In this document: piece by piece, positions 58,272-62,482 of the stretch
Numbering within the stretch: the first letter of the stretch is position 1
Layout of the letters: every line of letters starts with the position of its first letter
DNA from: an uncultured Nitrosopumilales archaeon
GTDB lineage: Archaea > Thermoproteota > Nitrososphaeria > Nitrososphaerales > UBA57
DNA: 62,482 nucleotides
NCBI GenBank assembly: GCA_964552125.1
Contig: CAZKFJ010000003.1
Coordinates: 1 to 62,482, forward strand
Direction: 5' to 3'
Position numbers and translations under genes: made by a program
Notes under the pieces: generated by a model
The model's input: only the letters and a program-made list of their open reading frames with translations
The model's database searches: none
Told to the model about the DNA's origin: nothing

Positions 58272-58397
58272 TTACTTTTTCAATTCTTTATAAGCCTTGT
58301 CTTTTGCAGAAATAATTTCTTTTTTTAGTTCATCAACATCTGATTCGTATTTCTTTTTTATTTTTTCGTTTAATTTTTTATATTCTTTATTATCCAT
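58272..58397 (-). CDS. Untracked 41-aa Lys/Glu-rich helical ORF between atpD and atpK
   Basis: Hand translation gives MDNKEYKKLNEKIKKKYESDVDELKKEIISAKDKAYKELKK*. It starts 5 nt after the atpD stop and ends ~19 nt before the atpK ATG. Its composition resembles stalk subunits H/G. Confidence 0.35.
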   Translation of the reverse strand: MDNKEYKKLNEKIKKKYESDVDELKKEIISAKDKAYKELKK

Positions 58398-58402
58398 TAG
58401 TT

Positions 58403-59035
58403 TCACCTCTTTCGTTCAAGTACTTTTTTAACATGTTTTAATCTTGAAAAGTCTTCTCTTTCACGTTCTTCAAGTATAGAAGAGATATATTTAATAGATT
58501 CATTATAGCCAGGCATTATTACATAATCCAATGCATTCAATAATCTTTGAGTTTTTTCTAGAGATCGTGCCAATTCAAGGATTGAATTTTCATATTCTGC
58601 AGCGCGTAAGATTCGAGGCAAGGCAAGTCTCATCATTTGAGTTGCATCGTCTAATTTGGAATCTGAATCAGCAAATCCATAATTCAAACCAATTTCTTTT
58701 TCACTTATAGAAATAGTAGGAATTCTAACGTCTACCACGACCTTAACATCTACGTCGACATCAATATGCGATGGAGATGTAAGTGCAATGGATTCAAGTT
58801 TGGAGGAACCTATAGACATGTAAGCATTAAATAATGATCTATATGCATTAGACAAAGGTTCGGACATCTCGTTTCTTGCTTTACCCGCTTCGTCAATCAT
58901 TTCGTCGATATTTTTAAGAAGAACGTCTCGCTTGTCTTCTAAAATTTTGTAAACAGATTTAGCGACTACTAGACTTCGCTTAACTTTGATAAGTTCGATT
59001 TTTGTTGGTGGTGGACGTTTATTAGAACTAGACAT
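58403..59035 (-). CDS. atpD: A-type ATP synthase subunit D
   Basis: 210 aa coiled-coil central-stalk protein with the N-terminus PTKIELIKVKRSL typical of V/A-type subunit D. Confidence 0.9.
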   Translation of the reverse strand: MSSSNKRPPPTKIELIKVKRSLVVAKSVYKILEDKRDVLLKNIDEMIDEAGKARNEMSEPLSNAYRSLFNAYMSIGSSKLESIALTSPSHIDVDVDVKVVVDVRIPTISISEKEIGLNYGFADSDSKLDDATQMMRLALPRILRAAEYENSILELARSLEKTQRLLNALDYVIMPGYNESIKYISSILEEREREDFSRLKHVKKVLERKR

Positions 59036-59037
59036 GC

Positions 59038-60432
59038 TTACTTTACCTTCAGATATGAATCAATTTCATCTTGTTTGACTTTAGTTAATTCATCAACAGG
59101 CAATGTACTAAACAAATCCCACGCTATTCCAAGGGTATCATCAAGAGTACGATTTTCATCAAATCCTTGTTTTAGGAATCTACTTTCAAACAAGTCTCCA
59201 AATTCTAAATACTTGATATCATTTGGTGCAAGGCCAGCTTTTCCTACAATCTCAGCTAGAGCTCTCAATTCCAATGCACGAGAATATGCACTATACAATT
59301 GACTACTAACATTTTGATGGTCATTACGTGTTTTGCCTTCTCCTACACCTTCTTTCATAAGACGGCTCAAACAAGACAATATACTCACAGGTGGATAAAT
59401 TTCCTTTCGATGTAAATCACGCCCTAAAACGATTTGACCTTCTGTAATATATCCAGTTAGATCAGGAATAGGATGAGTGATATCATCAGAAGGCATAGAA
59501 AGAATTGGAATCTGGGTAAGACTTCCATTTGATCCTTTAATTTTACCTGCACGTTCGTAGATAGTTGCAAGGTCAGTGTATAGATATCCAGGATATCCTT
59601 TTCTTCCTGGAACCTCTTCACGAGCGGCACTAATTTCTCTTAACGCTTCAGCATAATTTGTCATATCGCTAATTATTACAAGAACATGTGTATTCTTTTC
59701 AAATGCCAGATATTCAGCAGCAGTAAGTGCTACACGAGGAGTAATAATTCTTTCAATAGCAGGATCATCTGCAAGATTAATATAAAGTATACTTCTTTTC
59801 AATGCGCCACTTTCTTCCAAAGATTTTCTAAAGAATGCTGCTTCGCTATTTTGAACACCGAGTGCGGCAAAAACTACGGCAAATTCTTCGCCTTTTCCTG
59901 GAACAGTAGCTTGACGAGCTATTTGAGCAGCTAAAAGATTGTGTGGAAGCCCTGCGCCTGAGAATATAGGTAATTTTTGACCTCGAACAAGAGTATTAAG
60001 GCCGTCAATAGATGAGACTCCAGTTTGAATAAAGTCCTCTGGAAAATCACGACGTTCAGGATTTATAGACTCGCCATTGATGTCAAGAAACTTTTCTCCT
60101 ACAGGGTCAGGAAGACCGTCAATAGGTCTGCCAAGACCATCAAATACGCGACCTAATAATTGATCAGAAACTGGAATTTCCATAGTTTTTCCTAAAAAGC
60201 GAGTTTTTGTTTCAGAAACAGATAGACCGGTTGTTCCCTCGAATACTTGTACAACTGCAGTTCCACCGCCAATTTCAAGAACACGACCTAAACGTTTTGA
60301 ACCAGCTGGAGTAGTAATTTCTACTAATTCATCAAATGCAGAATTTGTTACGCCATCAATAACTAACAATGGACCTCTAATCTCAGCAATATTAGTATAT
60401 TCTAATCCCGAAGATCTATTTTGTGTCGACAA
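59038..60432 (-). CDS. atpB: A-type ATP synthase subunit B
   Basis: 464 aa non-catalytic subunit ([14 protein letters not shown]..., [13 protein letters not shown]). Confidence 0.95.
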   Translation of the reverse strand: MSTQNRSSGLEYTNIAEIRGPLLVIDGVTNSAFDELVEITTPAGSKRLGRVLEIGGGTAVVQVFEGTTGLSVSETKTRFLGKTMEIPVSDQLLGRVFDGLGRPIDGLPDPVGEKFLDINGESINPERRDFPEDFIQTGVSSIDGLNTLVRGQKLPIFSGAGLPHNLLAAQIARQATVPGKGEEFAVVFAALGVQNSEAAFFRKSLEESGALKRSILYINLADDPAIERIITPRVALTAAEYLAFEKNTHVLVIISDMTNYAEALREISAAREEVPGRKGYPGYLYTDLATIYERAGKIKGSNGSLTQIPILSMPSDDITHPIPDLTGYITEGQIVLGRDLHRKEIYPPVSILSCLSRLMKEGVGEGKTRNDHQNVSSQLYSAYSRALELRALAEIVGKAGLAPNDIKYLEFGDLFESRFLKQGFDENRTLDDTLGIAWDLFSTLPVDELTKVKQDEIDSYLKVK

Positions 60433-62206
60433 CGGCAGTTACCTCCTTATTGGCTAATTCTTTAAATGATGAATACATAGATTTTGACAATTCATCCATT
60501 TTACCTAAATCGTCATCAGGGATTTCGTATTTGGAACGAATAATTGATGATACAACAGGAAGAGCTCGAATTGTTTCAAGTTGTGCACCATTCTTCAAAG
60601 CTTTTTGAGACTCCTTGTAGAAGTCAGTATATAATCTCATCATTTTAACTTGTTTCTCAGGACTACAATATCGATCTACTTTGTCAAAAGCCATCTGTTG
60701 TAAGAATCCTTCTTTAATCATACGCGCTACATCAAGAATTAACTTTTCTTCATCAGGTAGAGCTTCAGGACCTAATAGACGAACAATTTCTTTGAGTACA
60801 TCTTCACGTTGTAAGATAGTATATGTTTCTAATCTTAATTTAGGACGATCTGCATCGACATTATCGACCCACCATTTATCTATAGATTCAGAATACCCAG
60901 AATAGCTAGTCATCCAGTTAATAGAAGGATAGTGTCTAGAATAAGCGAGTTTAGTATCAAGAGCCCAAAAGGTTTTGATACATCGCATAGTATGGGTAGA
61001 AACAGGTTCTGTAAAGTCTCCGCCTGGAGGAGAAACAGCGCCGATAACAGTAACAGATCCATCACGATCGGGTGAACCAAGGCATTTTACACGACCTGCA
61101 CGTTCATAAAACTCTGCTAATCTTGATGCAAGATAAGACGGATAGCCTTCTTCAGCAGGCATTTCTTCTAACCTGCCACTGAGTTCACGAAGAGCTTCAG
61201 CCCATCTACTTGTGGAGTCAGCAACCAAGACAGTATCATAACCCATATCACGATAATATTCAGCCATAGTAATACCAGTATAGATACTTGCTTCACGAGC
61301 AGCTACAGGCATATTACTTGTATTAGCAACTAAAACAGTTCGTTCCATCAAGGATTTTCCAGTTTTTGGATCTTTTAATTCAGGGAACTTAATCAAAACT
61401 TCAGTCATTTCATTTCCTCTTTCTCCGCAACCAATATGGAAAACTACATTTGCGTCAGACCAAGAAGCTACTTGATGTAATGTAACAGTTTTTCCTGTTC
61501 CAAAACCACCAGGTATTGCACCAGTTCCTCCTTTAGTAATTGGAAAGAATGTATCAAGTACACGTTGTCCAGTTACAAGAGGTAATTCTGGATCATAACG
61601 TTTTGTAAATGGTCTAGATTGTCTAACAGGCCAATCATGATGCATTGTAAATTCAGATTTATTACCTTTGCCTTCAGCAATTGCAATTATGTGATCTTTA
61701 TCATAACTTCCTTCTTTAACAACTTCAGTAATTTTACCTGAAGGTGCAGTAGGAGGAGCAAGAATCTTATGATCGATTAAAGCAGTTTCTTTAACAGTAC
61801 CGAGAATACTACCTGCATGAACAGTATCACCAACTTTAACTTCTGGAATAAAATTCCATTTCTTTTTAGGAATTGGAGCAACATGAATACCTCGAGTAAT
61901 AAATGAACCTGCTTTTGCAGCAATTTTATCCAAGGGTCTTTGAAGACCGTCATAAATAGTTCCCATCATTCCAGGACCGAGAGTTACAGATAATGGAGTT
62001 CCAGTACCAACTACAGGTTCTCCAGGGGTTAAACCACTAGTAGATTCATAAACTTGTATAAAGGCTGTATCTCCAGTAAGCCTAATAATTTCTCCAACGA
62101 TTTTGTCTTTACCGACTTCTACAGTTTCGTACATTTGTGCACTTGACATTCCATCAGCTTTAACCGCAGGACCACTAATCCAAATAATTTTACCCTTAGC
62201 TTGCAT
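60416..62206 (-). CDS. atpA: A-type ATP synthase catalytic subunit A
   Basis: 596 aa with the P-loop GGFGTGKT and no intein insertion. First gene after a divergent intergenic region. Confidence 0.95.
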   Translation of the reverse strand: MQAKGKIIWISGPAVKADGMSSAQMYETVEVGKDKIVGEIIRLTGDTAFIQVYESTSGLTPGEPVVGTGTPLSVTLGPGMMGTIYDGLQRPLDKIAAKAGSFITRGIHVAPIPKKKWNFIPEVKVGDTVHAGSILGTVKETALIDHKILAPPTAPSGKITEVVKEGSYDKDHIIAIAEGKGNKSEFTMHHDWPVRQSRPFTKRYDPELPLVTGQRVLDTFFPITKGGTGAIPGGFGTGKTVTLHQVASWSDANVVFHIGCGERGNEMTEVLIKFPELKDPKTGKSLMERTVLVANTSNMPVAAREASIYTGITMAEYYRDMGYDTVLVADSTSRWAEALRELSGRLEEMPAEEGYPSYLASRLAEFYERAGRVKCLGSPDRDGSVTVIGAVSPPGGDFTEPVSTHTMRCIKTFWALDTKLAYSRHYPSINWMTSYSGYSESIDKWWVDNVDADRPKLRLETYTILQREDVLKEIVRLLGPEALPDEEKLILDVARMIKEGFLQQMAFDKVDRYCSPEKQVKMMRLYTDFYKESQKALKNGAQLETIRALPVVSSIIRSKYEIPDDDLGKMDELSKSMYSSFKELANKEVTAVVDTK

Positions 62207-62335
62207 CTACACCAACTATGTTTTTTCATGATTTAGAGTTTAAAAACAATTCGATTTTTAGAAATATGTTAATCATAATATTAAAATTTTAAGAATTGTC
62301 TTTCGAAATTCTTAAATTGATTATATAATTAATAT

Positions 62336-62482
62336 ATGACAATGGATTCAAAAATTTTTGCAGTAATAATTATTGCAGTTATTGGAATTGGAGCAGTTTT
62401 GTTTATGTTGCCGGGAGATAATAACGAATTAACAGTAATTGAACCCGAACCAGTGATAGAAGAAGTCATAGTTGAGCCTGAA
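62336..62482 (+). CDS. N-terminal fragment of a membrane-anchored acidic protein (runs off the window)
   Basis: ATG at 62336. MTMDSKIFAVIIIAVIGIGAVLFMLPG is followed by a Glu/Pro/Val-rich tract. Open to the window end. Confidence 0.5.
   Translation, partial: MTMDSKIFAVIIIAVIGIGAVLFMLPGDNNELTVIEPEPVIEEVIVEPE

Noticed and set aside
53852-62206. Inteins in nrdJ or atpA, which are common archaeal intein hosts.
   Set aside because: Both proteins have normal lengths (800 and 596 aa). The usual insertion points, the NPCGE loop and the GGFGTGKT P-loop, are uninterrupted.
62291-62313. Inverted repeat AAGAATT-N9-AATTCTT in the atpA upstream/divergent region.
   Set aside because: This is a 7-bp A/T-only stem in a very AT-rich spacer. 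It is expected by chance, and I have no conservation evidence.

Overview
This is a visibly AT-rich archaeal chromosome segment. It is almost certainly a Nitrosopumilales-like ammonia-oxidising thaumarchaeon. The window opens inside a minus-strand 16S rRNA whose antisense carries the ARCH915 probe sequence, and whose 515F region reads GTGTCAGCCGCCGCGGTAA. Protein markers agree: TFB, topoisomerase VI, aIF-1A/aIF-2beta/SUI1, A-type ATPase, archaeal-type shikimate genes and archaeosine TGT.

The content is densely packed core metabolism in long co-directional runs:
- A complete archaeal shikimate/chorismate operon (aroA'-aroB'-aroD-aroE-aroK-aroA-aroC-tyrA).
- sufC-sufS-sufU.
- A purS-purQ-(58 aa ORF)-purL-purF-purD-purE-purC-purM run.
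- aIF-1A/Rio/KH/topoVI.
- apt-mtnP-ahcY.
- dapA-dapB-lysA-dapL.
- Four tRNAs, three of them intron-bearing.
- A class II (B12) ribonucleotide reductase preceded by an unusual wHTH/ATP-cone/NrdD-like protein.
- Divergent pyrB and pyrI.
- atpA-atpB-atpD-(41 aa ORF)-atpK.

I found no CRISPR array, transposase, integrase, toxin-antitoxin pair or recognisable defence island. I therefore cannot point to a clear multi-gene novel system.

The best candidates for something undescribed are:
1. The DNA-binding, nucleotide-sensing, apparently catalytically dead class III RNR homologue next to nrdJ, together with palindromes in the 353-nt gap between them.
2. An untracked 58-aa zinc-ribbon ORF translationally coupled between purQ and purL.
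3. purD, whose conserved N-terminus has no canonical start codon and lies in frame with purF across a single TGA.

All calls come from reading translated ORFs and folding tRNAs by eye. No searches were run.
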